Shown here: positions 25,083-39,810 of the stretch, in pieces
Layout: each line of letters opens with the position of its first letter
Position numbering within the stretch: the first letter of the stretch is position 1
Origin: Eledone cirrhosa
Taxonomy: Eukaryota
Reading direction: 5' to 3'
NCBI GenBank assembly: GCA_964016885.1
Contig: OZ024743.1
Coordinates: 247,566,001 to 247,630,000 of the forward strand
Length of the DNA stretch: 64,000 nt
Notes under the pieces: generated by a model
What the model saw: the letters and a program-made list of their open reading frames with translations, nothing else
The model's database searches: none
What the model was told of the DNA's origin: nothing
Program-made: the position numbers and the translations under genes

Positions 25083-25959
25083 AATAGCTTGCAATAACTT
25101 TTAAAAGCTTCGAACGATGTCTTGATATGAAAACAAAAAGCACCATTTTTATTAAAATACCAGTCTTATGTGTCATACTGAAGTAATTTGGAGTAAAAAT
25201 ATGCTTACCCACTGAAAATTTAACCAAAGACTGGTTAAAAAGTCCTGTATATATGAAAAGAAAACTACAAATTGGAAGGAATGTATTTTGGATATAAAAG
25301 AAAAATCCTGTTTAGTCTTAACAGAATTGGTTAAATATAAATACCATCTCTTACCCCTGTTTCTTTTTACACGTACGCATACATTCTTACTTTCTCTCCC
25401 ACCCACCTAACCTTTGATAAATATTTCTAACCAGATAGTCCAAGTGCTTTGATGTCCAAACTGAATCAATGTGATGATCATTCACAAAATTCAGTGAGAA
25501 ACATGGCTAGCTTTTGTCGATAGCAGTATCATCAAAACCCAAACTGCCTGAAATGACGATAGTGACTAGTTGTTGGAATCTTTTAGCACCCTTTCCTCAC
25601 TGGTAATAACAAGGAAATATTGTTTTGGAGGGCAGGAGAAATAAAAATAATGTATTCTTCGTGCAGCAAACTAAAACTGAATTAAATCTTAGAAAGATTT
25701 TCACTTGTTAGATGCTTGTATTAAGTGTTGAGTGAAATCAGCTGATGGGGCATGATAAAACTGATTTATTGAAGTTGGATAATAATGAATATTTGGAGTT
25801 TACTCTGAGGATAGACTGGAGTGAACTTACCCTTTGGATTAAAATATTTAACAAACATATATGATATATATGTATATATATATACATATATATAATGTAT
25901 ATATGCATACACAAAAGTGATATGGATTTAAATATTTACCAAACATGTATTGTGTGTGA

Positions 25960-25990
<31 letters not shown>

Positions 25991-27569
25991 CATACGTGTG
26001 TGTATGTATATGTATATTTATAAATATGTAATGATAATCTGTGGAAAAAAATCAACTAGCAGTTGTGAAAGTTGCTTTGTTTTGAAACAGCTTTTGGAGA
26101 TATCTTCAAGTTCCCTTACTCTGTTATCTTTTTTCTTGCTTCCTCTCTTTTTTCTGCTTAATTCTTTTTTTTTTTAAATAAAAAAAAGGTTAAATATAGG
26201 AGAAAAATAACGAAGTGTTAACCTGTTCTATTTAATGTATAACCTGATGTTTTCTGTGTAATATTTTATTTATATCCTCTACTTGCACCATTTCATAGAT
26301 ATTTATCATGATGCCCTGAATCTTCAGCTTAAAGTGAAATGTAAATTGTAGGTGACAAAAATCTTGATTAAATGTTTTTCTTTCTCTTTATTTTGATCGT
26401 TTTATAATTGTTCTGTATATTTGGTGTTTGCCTTTCATGTACACAAATCTACTTCACATTCACTAACACACATTGATACATACTACCTACATAAAGCTGT
26501 GACGAACACAAACTCCAGGTCATATTAAAACTAATCTTCCTAGCATTAATGTTATGTTTCTTAATAGATTATATTTTTCTAATTTTAATATAAGCGTCGT
26601 TTATTGTGTTGTTGGGTGTGGCTAGTTTGTTTTCTTCTCTTTCTCCATCTCTCACACATTCGACTACACAGCCTGTATAGCTGTCTACTAGTTTGGTAAT
26701 TATTGTTCACACTGATCACCTTATATAATCATTAAAAATATCATCGTTAGTTCTTGTTGCATATACGTATAATTAGAGAATATAATGTAATATCAAGCTT
26801 AAATACCTTTTGGAATATTTTACGAATATATCTTAAATGGACGAACCTTTATAGTTCGGGAAAATAATACACAAACAGAAACCAGAATAACGAAACAATA
26901 CCAAACACCTTATTAAATTTTCGTATATTTAATAATGTTTTTAAGTATAAAATATATATTCAGCATTCTATTGTTTGATCCATTATCTATTATTTCTGTA
27001 CATGTTAGAAATGCATTGTGCATAACTCGATTTTTTTACATTGCAGTTTCCAAAATGGAAAGTTATTGACAAGATTTTTATTAATTACAAATAAATTACG
27101 GCCTTCCTCATCTGTTATGCCAGTTGAATTAAATATATATTGTAAAGCTAAATAGACAGAGTAGATTGTTAGTGTTTGTATAGAGTAATTCTTGAATTCT
27201 GCATATAAAGTAAGAGGTAAATGCAAGGCAAAGTTTCCAGCTATGCCCTGTATCTCAGATGCTTTTTTTTTAAGTTACAGGCAGAATACTTTGTTCATTG
27301 TCTGTACAAGAACATTTTAATGCTATCATTACCATATTATGTCAAACAATAGTAATATATTTTATACCTATTAGCTATTATTAAATACATATTTTCGAAG
27401 CATTATTGTTCGGTATTGCGATATTCTTGTTTTTATTTGTTATTTATTCGTTTGGATATTTTCGTTCTTTTAATTAAATGCTTTCTCTAAAGATAACCAC
27501 TTTTTAATACCCAATCATTACCTTGTTAAAATTGTTAGTTATTTCTGCTATTTAAAAATTCTTTCTTAA

Positions 27570-27571
<2 letters not shown>

Positions 27572-27630
<59 letters not shown>
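27572..27630. repeat. (TA)n microsatellite
   Basis: Pure TA run. Confidence 0.95.
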
Positions 27631-27636
<6 letters not shown>

Positions 27637-29910
27637 GTTAGAAATAGAAGCACCGCCGCATTTTTTACTAAAGAAAATTAGCCTGAGAGTGGGGTTTAAT
27701 AACACTCTAAATTGAAAAAGATGAGTAATGACGTACATGAGAGTCGAACCTACATCTTTGATTAATTTCGAACTTCGTTCGTCGTCTTCAAAACAAATCG
27801 CTTGCTTTGATATATATATTAATAGAATTGTAAACATTATTTTCTTTGTCATAATCATAATTTACAACTGCAGCATGCGAAACCTTTTAAATAGTTAGTT
27901 TCCCATCAGACCTCTATCTTTGTGTTTCAAACCACACTTTTTTAGAATTGATTAGAAAGAGCCAAATTTCAATAATTAAGTAGGAAGTGGACCAATCACG
28001 TCTTAAATCCTTTCTACTATTTTAATTTATAACGTGAGTGCCTGTATGTAAAGGGTAGATGTATTTCTGTGGTGAATATATAACATTGCTCAGACTCCAT
28101 CCTTGATAGTTTTAACTTCACTATTTTGTTCACATGTCTATAAGCTTGCAACATATACTAACATTTCCTTGAGCTCTGATCGGACTCACAGCCTTTATTG
28201 TTCTCAACATACTTTCCAGTGCCATTCTATGCAAGGCACTGTCCCATTCTATGCAAGGCACTGTCCCAAACCTTAATGTTTCTGTATTATCCATGAAAAT
28301 GTAGTCACAATTGTGTAAGTTACGTTTAGTATATTGTTAAGCAGCATTGATGAAAGGTAAACAAAATTCTTGATAAATTTATTATTTTCGTTATGAAAAA
28401 ATATAATATTTGAGCAAAACTATGTAGGTTAAGCCTGCTAATTGTTTTCCAAACAAAATGTGTTTTTTTTTTCTTTATAAAGTTGTCATCTATGTTGGTA
28501 AATATTAGATGTGGTAACCTATGATGCTTGTACTTTTTACTGTGGTCACCTATAATGAGTTTTATTTTAAAAAGCTTGTGTTTTTGACAAATTAATATCT
28601 GGAGATTATCTTCATTAAGTTGCAATGTTTTCTGTGCATTATTGTACTACTTCAATGTTTTTGTAATTATTTTTATAACACTTCTTTTATTGAAAAATGT
28701 TTTTAGCAAATATTTCCTGTGTATGTAAGATGAGTTAACAAAAATAACGGAGTATTCAATTGTCTAAATATTTTACACCTGTTTACACTCTTAGTTCGAA
28801 TTCTAACAGCAACTTTGCCTTTTATTCCTCAATAAAATATGTATAAGAAAAATATGGATTTGAAGATATATTTTGCATAGAAAAATTGCCCTTGACAGTA
28901 GTGAAATAAAAATAATCAATATTTGATCTGAACATGACCAATCTAACATTCTTCGAATTAGATTTGCCAACTACTTTTTGCAGTTGTATTCAGTAAATTC
29001 TTCAGGCTCTTCTGCCATAGTTTTTACTCAATTATTTATAATGTCCTATTTAGTAAATATACTTAAAATAGACCATCATTGGTTACTTTGTGCCACATCT
29101 AGCATTATATTCAATACCATTAAACTGTAATGATTGCATAGTCAAAATTAGTCTGTATTTGTTTTCTGTTGCCTGGTTTAACACTATCAACTGGCCATTG
29201 AGTGTTTTTAAAAGAACCTATTGTAAACATTAAGACCAGATCCCTAATTTAAGGATACTTTCCTCTTCTCCCTCTTACCAGTCTTGGGCACTGTTCTTTC
29301 CTCCCTGAGAAAATATTTTAAAGATATTAGATTTAGTTTATGCTTAGCTTCTCATCTTTCAGTGAAGACATGTTTCCTAGTGGTTATGATTGCATTCACA
29401 ATCATAAGGTCATGGAGTAACTCCCAGATTGGGTGGCATGTTGTGTCCTTGAGCAAGTTACCTCATTTCACATTGCTCTAGTCCACTGAGCTGAAAAATG
29501 AGTACCTGCAGTAGTTGGGAGTTAATCTCACAATGTACTGGCATCCCATCTTATACTCTTAGTCCATATGAAACTGGAATAAGCTCTGTTGAGTCTCTGG
29601 GATGTAGAAAAATTAACTCTGATCTTTCATAATTTTAGTTTCTTCTCAATTATAACTTTAGATTGTTGCATGCTTTTTACCCTTTAACATTTTTTTTTCT
29701 TTGAGCTTGATTATATTTTAGTTACTTTTTCTAGTTTCTCCAGGACCTGCTCTGAGCATCTCCAATGAATTGTTATTGAATCATACACAAATTCTTTGGA
29801 CACCTAATATTAAAATGAAATGACTATGGTAGTTTTAAGTATATTGAAATCTTTTTACTCTGTTCTTAAGTGTTATGAATTTTTTTTTTCTGATAAATAA
29901 CACTCTAGGT

Positions 29911-30364
29911 CAGGGATTCCCAACCTTTTTTTCGCCCTGTTTATAGTGTCAACTTTCAAAAGTAAATTTACCCCCATTCTGTTTTGTTCAGTAATTTGAG
30001 TTTACATCTTTACCATAATACAGCAACCAAACAAAGGGGAAATTTTTAAATACTGGTTTTAACATTTTAGGTCCAAATAACAATTATAACACAAAACAAC
30101 GTTATTTCACTTACTTATGAACAATAAATAATCATTGGTTGTTCTTCTCCTTTGAGTTATACTACATTGGCAACACAGTGATTAAGAAGTATAAAATACT
30201 GTTAATTCCAAAATAGTACAAAGAAAACAAATTATTATTTTAATAAACACAATAGGCCTACTCAATTTCAGATTATTTTAAATTAAAATAGAAAAACACT
30301 ATGTACACATAGTAGGCAAAAGTTACCCCTTGGGAGTAAATTTACTCCAGGTTGGAAACCTCTG
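29911..30364. mobile_element. hAT-like MITE
   Basis: Ends cagggattcccaacc / ggttggaaacctctg are imperfect TIRs of hAT (Charlie) type. Flanking 8-mers ctctaggt / ttttatgt match at 5 of 8 positions. Confidence 0.55.
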
Positions 30365-32757
30365 TTTTATGTGATTTTGGCATGACTCAGTGATATTTTA
30401 ACAATATTGTTTGTGAACAGAGGTGTCATCCATATATTTAAAATGTAGATTAAGTTATTGCACTACATTAAGTAGCAGAACACTGGACAGAATGATTTAT
30501 AATATTTAGTTTTCTTTTATTTCTTAACTCTTTCAATATCAACCTGCTTAAAACCTAATTTTATTTTATGATACAAAGCCACATGTTTGACAATGTTTAT
30601 ATTTACATCAAAACATTCCATCATGTGGTAAACTTTCTATTATGCTTTAAACACTAACTTAATAATGAAAATACTTAAATTATTTTCATAAATTGCCCTG
30701 AATTCTTACTTATATTCAAACTTAATTGATACACATAGACTATGTATACAAATATGGATCACGAAAGATTTAACCCTAACGTTATCACATTTCTTGTGAA
30801 ATGCATTGCCTATGTGTTTCAATTAATTATGAAAAAAAATTTAAAGGGATTTAGTGAAATAATTATTTTCATTATTAAGCTGATATTTGGAACATATTAC
30901 TTTACAAAAATCTCTTACATGAAATGATGTTGGAATTTTGTATCATAGAACCAGAGGCGGTATCAGAAGGGTTACACAATCCTACTGCGGTCAACTCTTG
31001 TAAAAGAAGTAACAATAACATTAACCTGGATATACTCCTTTTTAATGATGGTGTTAAACTGTAGATTTATGGTTTTATGGTACCTCATGTATTCCTTGTT
31101 TTTAATTTTTTTCTTCCAGAATTCCATCCTTTTTGTACTGTACAATTTTATTGAAGTTGTTCAGTTAATGTTTTTTATTTATTTATTTATTTATTTATTT
31201 GTAGTTGATCTTGTTTTCAAGTTTCTTAATAGCTTGTATTTCTAGCAATGAAAAACATTATGGTACAGTTCTCAGGATTTCAGAAAAACATAACTCTCCA
31301 CTTTTAAATACCTGGAAAATCTTGTCTTCTATATTGCCATTGTATTTCAAAATCTTGAATTCTTTCTAGGCATGTATCTGCTTCAAAGGGTGCTACATGT
31401 ATCGGAATATAAGAATTGTGATAGTGAGGATTTGTGTTAATGAGAACTGTTTAGCATTATTTAAGGGACAGTAACGTTATCAACAGTTCTTGTAAGCTGT
31501 TGTAAAGCTCTGTAAATGTATTTATTTTGTCATATATGACTTCTTTATGGAGGTTGGAAAAAATGTAATATTCTTGCAATTCCGGCATAACTTTTTTTCA
31601 ATGCAAATTTTAAGTTGAACAACATAATTCATGTTTTAAACTTTATAAAATGATAAACACTCTTTCTTGTTGTTATTTCATTTTGTTTTTATTTCAATTT
31701 AACTTTCATATGCATCTACAATAAACATTTTCTTATTTCATTGTTCAAAATTACAGCTATGTAAACAAGTAATCTCATGTTGCCATAGCTTAGAACAAAT
31801 ACGAGTACTTTCAGGCTATTATCCCTGCTAAAGCAGTGGTTAGGTTTATGGGCCCCATGACAAGCTTTTCCATTTTGCTCTATCCCTGTGTTTCCATATT
31901 CATTTCCATCACTCTGCACATGACATAGCCATCTCATTCAATTTCTCTTCTCTTCATCACTGGTTCTATTCTCATGCTCTACAATTCATTGTTTGTCTTC
32001 CTTTTTCTATGCAAGCATACTCATTTCTGTTCTTTCTAACATAGAACAAATATATTATATTTGCTAGGTATACCGGCATTTTATCTTTTCAGGATGCCCC
32101 CCCTCCACTCCAGTGCAAAGATACCGCATGCCCTCTCAAGTCACATTGTCATTCCGAACTAAATCCATTTTAAGAATACGCCACCTGAGGTCTTTTCGTG
32201 GCATGTATTACGTCTTTGCATGAAACATGATGAAGTAATGAAGCGATCTTACCCTTGCAAAATTAATCATATAAACCTTTAATAATGCTTTTCAGTAAGG
32301 TTATGTGATGATACACATCTGAACTTAAAGTTCCTATCTATGTGGAAATAAACATTTAAGTTTTGAAATTTCTTTAAATTTTCTTCAGTTATCACACATA
32401 AGCATACGAATACACGTAAAGCATTTCCGTTATTAAGATGAAGTAAATACCACTTTAATTTTAAGAAAAGAAAGTCGAAAGTAACTTTAAAATCCAAGAA
32501 GATCGTCGTCGTTATGTAATAGCGCTTATTTTTGAGGACATAAAAAATGTTCCCAGAATATTTTGATTTTTCAGTCGCTAATACCAAAATTCTTATTGAT
32601 TACTGTAGGCAAACAAATATTGATGACAGCCCTGTAACAAATTTGCTCAGAATTGTTCTACTTATGCCCTCTTAAAGATCAGACTCCATTTTGCAAGGAC
32701 CTGTATGGCACATTGATGCTGTAATGCAATGTGGATGCAATCAGCTTATGAACTCAC

Positions 32758-33099
32758 CTGCTGAAATCTGGCTTGTTCTGTCTGTGTTGCTCTCCTGCCT
32801 TCTGCACGGGACCTCAGTTGCTGAAGGCGGGACTGGGTTGATCGAACGGCTCTTGCATGAGTCTTCAGTTGCTGAAGACGAGACTGGCGCTGCTCTTGAG
32901 ATTGGGCTAATCGAATGGCTCTCGCATGAATCCTCAGTTGCTGAAGGCGAGACTGGCGCTGCTCTTGAGGCTGGGTTGATCAAATGGCTGTCGCATGAGT
33001 CCTCATCAGCTGAAGGCGAGACTGGCGCTTCTCTTGAGGCTCTGCTGCTCTTCTGGAAAATCGGATCTTGCAGCCAAACCAGGACTTTTTGGGTGGCAT
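32758..33099 (-). pseudogene. Exon encoding 23-aa STPR-like repeats (Helitron RepHel N-terminus-like), one internal stop
   Basis: MPPKK...EPQEKRQSRLQLMRTHATAI*ST QPQEQRQSRLQQLRIHARAIRLA QSQEQRQSRLQQLKTHARAVRST...; 69-bp DNA period. Ends at CAG|GTGAGT donor. TATATAAA and CCAAT lie upstream. Confidence 0.6.
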
Positions 33100-33674
33100 A
33101 TCGGCAGTAACAATGATTGTTCGAACAGGGTCATGTTTGCTCTTTATATAGGTGTTATTCAGGGGAGGGTGACACATAGAAATCGAATAACTAATCAATT
33201 TATGAGAGGTCAATCATGACTGATAGTGATTGGCTTCAGTTAAAATGTGATTGCACGCGCGTGAGTCAAAAGTTCATAGGGGGCATTATGTTGTTTAGTG
33301 AGATTGGTGGTGTTAATCTGTATGCCGCCTACATGGAAAGATGAGAAAGGCCAGCTCCATCGATTTCATTCAATAAATCCACCATTGGCGTGTTCTACAG
33401 CATCTATATATATATATAGCTGACGTACTTAGCTTCGCTTGGATAAACAGACGATAAGCTGTCTGTGCTTTCGTACAGTCGAACTAAATGTAAACATCGC
33501 GTAGTTAATGAAATAAATACAATGTTTGTTTTTGTAGTTCTGTTTTTCCGATGTATTGTGTGTTTGTGTATGCAAAAATATCTGTACACGAATATATAAT
33601 TATATATATCTAACCCATGCCAACATGGAAAAATGGATGTTAAACAGTGATGATGATGATGTCAATATCCTATT

Positions 33675-33870
33675 GGCAGAGTCATTAGAATGTAGGATAG
33701 AATGCTTTGCGGTATTTATTCTGGCTCTCTAGCTTAAATCCTGCTGAGGTTAACTTTGCCTTTTATTCTTCTGGGTTTGAAGAATTAAAAGTACCAGTCA
33801 TAAACTGGGGTTGATTTAATTGACTTTCCCATATCTTTAAATTGCTGACCTTGTGTTTAAATTAGAAACC
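33675..33870 (+). mobile_element. tRNA-derived SINE
   Basis: tggcagagtcattaga...aaatcctgctgaggttaactttgcctt...gtaccagt...ttgctgaccttgtg, same family as 46116. Confidence 0.7.
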
Positions 33871-33999
33871 ATTATTTTTTGTCTTATTTCTTCACACATT
33901 TTCTTTCTTTCATTCAGACTTTCATTTATTCCCTCAATAAATCATTCTTTAGTCTTTAATTTTTTTCTCTTATAGTTGGTGTTGATGTTGTTAGTACTG

Positions 34000-34180
34000 T
34001 GAACTGGCAGAATCGGTAGAGCATCAGACAAAATGGTTAGCAGCATTTAGTTACAACTTTCTATGTTCTGAGATCCAAATTCTGCCAAGGTCAACTTTGC
34101 CTTTCATCCTTCCAGGGGTCATTAAAATAATGTACCAGTTAAATACTGAGGTTGACATAATTGGCATTCCCCTTCTCCAA
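34000..34180 (+). mobile_element. tRNA-derived SINE
   Basis: A-box-like tggcagaatcgg plus core tcaactttgcctttcatccttccaggggtc. Confidence 0.7.
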
Positions 34181-37100
34181 AATCTGTCCTTTCATTTGTT
34201 CATTTTCCTTCATGTTTACTTATTTACAGCATGGTTGAATGGTTAAGAAGTTCACTTTGCAATCATAAGGTCTATGGTTCAATCCTTCTGCATGGATTCT
34301 TGGGCAAGACCAAGTGTCATTTTCCATAGCTTCATGTCAACCTGTAACTTGTGAGTGAAACCATTTAGATAGAAACTAGTATATATAATTAATTAAAAGT
34401 TGGTTAGAAGCGAAGTCAATGCAGACAGGCAGGCAGATATTATAAGCGCGCGGCGTTATAGCTATGTATCTATCTAAAAAGACAGAGTAAGAAAGAGAGG
34501 AATGTCGTATTATATATAATAAAGTACCAGTAATGTATTCCTCACTTTCTTCCTTGGAAAAAGTTACATCTATGGTGCAAATTTGGTGCCGTTTGGCCAA
34601 AATTTTGTTACATACATTGATACATACATACGGCCATCAGCTTTAATAATATAGATAGATAATGTGAAATAAAGTGTCTTGTGTTTCCTTGAGCAAGACA
34701 CTTTATTTCATGTTGCTCCAGTTTACTCAGCTGTAGAAATTAGATGATAGGACTGGGGTCCCTATCATTAAATTACCCAAGACACCAACAAGATATACCT
34801 TGGAGGGGGCCAGCTAAAAAAAAAAATGTATTTGTCCAAACTCGCAGCTTTCTTAGTAATTTTGGTCAACCTTCGTGTTAAAACAACCGTGTATGATATT
34901 TTACTAATGAACATCTGTTATCAGGATTTTAAACCTTTTTTCTTTCTGATTCTCTATTCTATTCTGATGGCATTAACCAAGCAAGTACTAATGCAAGATA
35001 CATATTACACATAAGTGTTTTATGGCCATTTTACTTGTTAACACAAGATAGCCTTGTGGATACCATAACAGGCTTTATATTCACCCTTGGATCATTTTTG
35101 AGGCAGTTTTAAGCATGGATACCTTTTTGACACAGACTTTTACTTGCCTCGTATGACACGCAGGTATATAATGTACTTATTCTAAAGTGGTTACACACAG
35201 CATATATATATATGCTGTTAATGTGCATGGATGAACTGAGAGAGAAAATGTGGTGTGCAAGCGAGAAGTCTATTCTGATATGGCCATGTGATGTGTATGG
35301 ATAATTATCATTAGACGAAGTGCCAGGAATTCCAAGTTGATGGAAACTGCAGTAAAGGAAAACCTGGGCAGAAGTGGTGAGAGTGGATCTCAAAACAGTA
35401 AAGTGGTGCAATGAGTGGAGGCAGGCTATGGTAGAATAAACTTGTCCAACTCACTCATACAAGCATGGAAAAATGGATATTTATACAGCCACTTTCCATA
35501 CTTGCATGCATTAGACATGATATGTATGTATCAATTATAAAATATATTTTCAGTTTTTTATATATTCTATTCATCATTTTAATCATTTTTTTATGCTGGC
35601 ATAGGTTAGCTCAATCTGCTGTACAGCCTATTTCCAATCGTCTGTCTCTATCTCAGAAGTTTTCTTCTGACCAACAAATGTTGAATAGTTATTTTCTATT
35701 TTTTTCCTTAGCTAAAATTTTTTTATCTCACTAGTAATGCGGCATTAGCCCAAACTTTAAGCTAACCTTATCCTCAATGAACTAAAATTTTCTAAGCTAC
35801 TGTCAAGACTTGTTCATTAGTCTGATTCCTCTATAATTGCTCCTTTTCTGTTCATCTACTTTGCTTCTGTAGCAGTTGATGCATCAATCATTTGTATACC
35901 GCTTTGCACTAGCTGATTAATTAATTGATTAAATAATATAGCTTCATGCTATCACCATCTCAGCTACTATCTATGATGGATCTGTTGTTTCCCTGTCTCC
36001 ATAGCTTTACTAACCATACTGAAGCTAATCTTGATGGTTCGACTTGGAGTAATCCTTTACTAACCCATTTACACTTCTCACTTTATAAACTACTAGCAGA
36101 ATACCCAGCAGTGCCTAGAATATGCACTCAATATGAGTAGTATATTTCATAATTTAAATGAGTAAATATCATATAGCTAATTTATGCATATTAGATATGC
36201 AGACATGATTAAGTGAAAGTGGAAATAGTTTAAAATTCATGTGAAAGTATTATTTTACTTGAAATTCTGTTGTAGCTATTCATCCTTCACTGATCCTTAA
36301 TGTCCCATAAACAGACACCATGTATATGTACCACTGACACTTCATAAACAGACATGGAAAAAATATTTCAATGTGATGACCTCAACTCGATATTTACTGT
36401 TCATAAAATCATTGGTTTAATGCATGGACTGGATGACATATTGAACAAGACACTTTCTTTCTCATTGCTCTAATTCACTCAGAAGAAAAAAATGCATACC
36501 AGTAGTGGCAGGGAGCTGACCTTGCTGTAGGCTGGTGTCTCATCTTGTACTTTCAGTTGCTTAATGCTACTCGAAACCAGACAAGCTTTGGCCTGATCAG
36601 CCTCTAGGCCCAAGAAAAACTTTAATACTTTTCAAGTACATTTTATACTGTAAGTGGATATTTCCAGTTAATCTGTCTTATCTTGGTTAACTCTGAATAA
36701 ATAATACTTGCGTCTATTATCAATAAATATTTGATAAGCCATTGTTAGAGGCTTAGTAACTGCTTTCTAACCCTTTGGTTTTAGACAAACTCAGTTGAGC
36801 TGTGATTTTTTTTAATTAGACATCATTTTACATCAATTTTTTTTTTATGTTCGCATAAGTTGGATTGGTCAACATGGTCTGAGACTAGATTAGTTGGAGA
36901 ACTGTATCTTGCTTATATGTTCCATATTTGTCTGGTTTCTATAGCTGGATGCTCATAACACCAACTACTTTACAGGCATATATCTTATTTCCACCACATA
37001 ACTGACAATTTATAACAAAATACTATACATAGACTTTTGATATAAATAATTTAGTTTTTATTGATTTAAATTGGCCTTTAATGTAATTTGTATGATTATC

Positions 37101-38169
37101 AATAGATTATTAGTCATGATAAACTAGCTATTATGTACTAAATAGTAGATCCATGCCATCAATAATGATGGCAATAGCATTAAACATATTAAATTTAGGG
37201 AGTTCAGGATTATTTGATATATAAACAATCAGTACAAACTTGCAAATTTGCTTTTTGATAAATCAACAGTTTACATAAGAGAAATCTAATAGTTAATATT
37301 GATTATTGACACAGAAGTGATTGAAGATAAGAATATTTTAATAATTTATTTCTTTGATGTAATTACATAAATGTTCTATTTGTAGAACTAGAACCTAGGA
37401 CCTCATTGGAAAGCAAATTTCTTATTGTAACAATATAAATAAGACAAGAAATGCATTGTATGTATGTTTGTGTGTAACTTTTGAAACGTTACGTACAAGG
37501 AAACACATGGCAATATTATGGTTGATGGTTAAATGTAAATAATTACAATTTACTTTGTGGCCATTCTCAACAAGAAAATCATAATCTCCATGAAAGTACT
37601 AAGGGATAGAAGACAAAATCTTATAGAATTTTGTAAAAGCAAAATATTGTGAATGTTTATATTTAGTGAAACTTGACCAGTTAGTTTTAATTAATGTTAG
37701 CAGTAATACAGCATGATTCAGAAAGCATATATGAATCCATATGCATTGTGTCAATATGTTAAAATTATTATAAACATTAGTAAACATTTATCTTTCTGAC
37801 ATAGGGTTTGCCACTTTCTCACAACAAAATACTACTTTGAACATTTTGTATTTATTATTTGCCAACAAAGAATGTCAGACAAAATATTTTGCAGTATTTG
37901 TTCCAAGTCTTTACATTGTGTTCAAATCTTTCTGGTGTTGATAAAATAAAGCAACTGTCAAATACTGGAATCAGTTTAATTGACTTTCCTATCTCACCAA
38001 ATTGCTGGCCTTATGCTTAAATTATAAACCATTATTTGCTGATGCAAACCACCATTCCTTTCCTAAGACCTTATTATTTCACTTGTTTATAATCATGGAT
38101 AACTTGTTGGTGCCACAACATCCAGGCCGAAACAAACGAGATCGTGTAGGTGTCACAACAAAAAAACAC

Positions 38170-38512
38170 ACAGTCCACGCTGTAATGTGACCGTGTAGGC
38201 AACACGGTAAAAACCTCCCAGTCCCACACTGTAAATGTGGTTGGTGTTAGGAAGGGCATCCAGCTGTAGAAAACCCGCCAGACAGTCCACGCTGTAATGT
38301 GGCCGTGTAGGCAACACAGTAAAAACCTCCCAGACCCACACTGTAAATGTGGTTGGTGTTAGGAAGGGCATCCAACTGTAGAAAACCTGCCAGACAGTCC
38401 ACGCTGTAATGTGGCCGTGTAGGCAACACGGTAAAAACCTCCCAGTCCCACACTGTAAATGTGGTTGGTGTTAGGAAGGGCATCCAACTAGAAAACCCGC
38501 CAGACAGTCCTA
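38170..38512 (+). repeat. 112-bp unit x3 inside a retroelement 3' tail ending in (TGA)n at ~38610
   Basis: cagtccacgctgtaatgtg...ttaggaagggcatcc repeated at ~38171, 38283 and 38395. The same motif occurs singly in RTE tails at ~50120 and ~59630. Confidence 0.85.
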
Positions 38513-39371
38513 TGCGAGCAAGACAACCACTCTTGCCTCAAGTGGGAAAGCCCCCGTCCAAACCCATGCAAGCGTGGAACAGGGACGTTAAATGATGATG
38601 ATGATGATGAACTTATTGCTTGTTGCATAAATAAAGGCAATGTTTCAATTAAAACTGGTCCAAATTTTATTGAATAGTTATTCTTTTAATTTCTAAACCA
38701 CTAAATCAATATTGTTTTCTAATTATTTCAATTGTTGCTAATCTGTATTCAGTGGCTTATACTCTTATTGATTCTGTAGATGTACATATCAATAACACAA
38801 ACTTATTACATTTTTTTCACGCCGTACAGAATTCATTGTCCACCTAATAAAAGGATATGAGACACAACCAAACACATCACATATTTCTCTTTATTGCTAT
38901 CAACACCATAACAGCATTATTTCATGCCCCCACCCCAGCATTGTACCAGAACTGTCAAGTGAGTTGAAGTAATGCTAACAAATATGGTTTTATGTTATGG
39001 AGCATGTGAGATACATGCACATGTAGTTGCAGAGATGACTGGTACTGAATCAAAGGCGAATGACAATGTTCATTTATCATAAATATTAACATTGATATTG
39101 TTCATTATCTTTAGTAAAATACATATTAAATATGCATTTTCCAATAAATATTTTGGAAAGGCATCCAGCCATACAAACAGAACCTATAACCAAAACATGG
39201 TCACCTGACCAGTTTAGCTGCAGGAGTAGACACATCTAAACCAGGCAAGCATGGAACATAGAAAACAGTGATGATATAGTATAGTATTATGTTTATTGAC
39301 AGCAATTCACAAAATCCATAGATTAGCTTGGGGCCCATGCATTAAGTCAGCCCTGCACTTTGTCTAAGGAG

Positions 39372-39512
39372 TTGACCACTGACCATTGATTTACTGGTAG
39401 ATCACTGACTACAGTGTACAGGTAATCCACTTACCACTGATATACAGGTAGATCACTAACCACTGGTGTACAGGTAATCCACTGACCACTGATATACAGG
39501 TAAATTATTGAC
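39372..39512. repeat. ~26-27-bp minisatellite
   Basis: accactgatatacaggtagatcact-like unit repeated about 5 times. Confidence 0.75.
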
Positions 39513-39589
39513 CATTCGTTTACCAACAACTGATAGTCTGGAAACTCTTATTTCTGGATATAATTTTGTGCAGATACTTGAATGTCTTG

Positions 39590-39810
39590 TGAGTGGATTG
39601 GCAGTATCAGTAGAGCATTGGACAAAAGGTTTTGTGGCATATAGTTACAGTCCTTTATGTTCTGAGTTCAAATCTCACCCCGAGGTTTGCTTTGCCTTTC
39701 ATCCTTATGGGATTGATTAAATAAAACACCAGTAATGCACTGGGGTCAATTCAATTGATTTTTTTCCCCTTCCCTTCAAATTGCTGGCCTTGTGCCAAAT
39801 GTAGAAACAG
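39590..39810 (+). mobile_element. tRNA-derived SINE
   Basis: tggcagtatcagtagagc A box, gagttcaaatc B box, gcctttcatcct core, ttgctggccttgtgccaaa tail. Confidence 0.75.

Larger units (their letters stand above)
21200..25720 (+). repeat. Segmental duplication copy B (CK1alpha block)
   Basis: Colinear homology with 12170-18010 as described for copy A. Confidence 0.8.

Noticed and set aside
32691-33110. Plus-strand 139-aa repetitive ORF
   Set aside because: Antisense shadow of the minus-strand STPR-like repeats.
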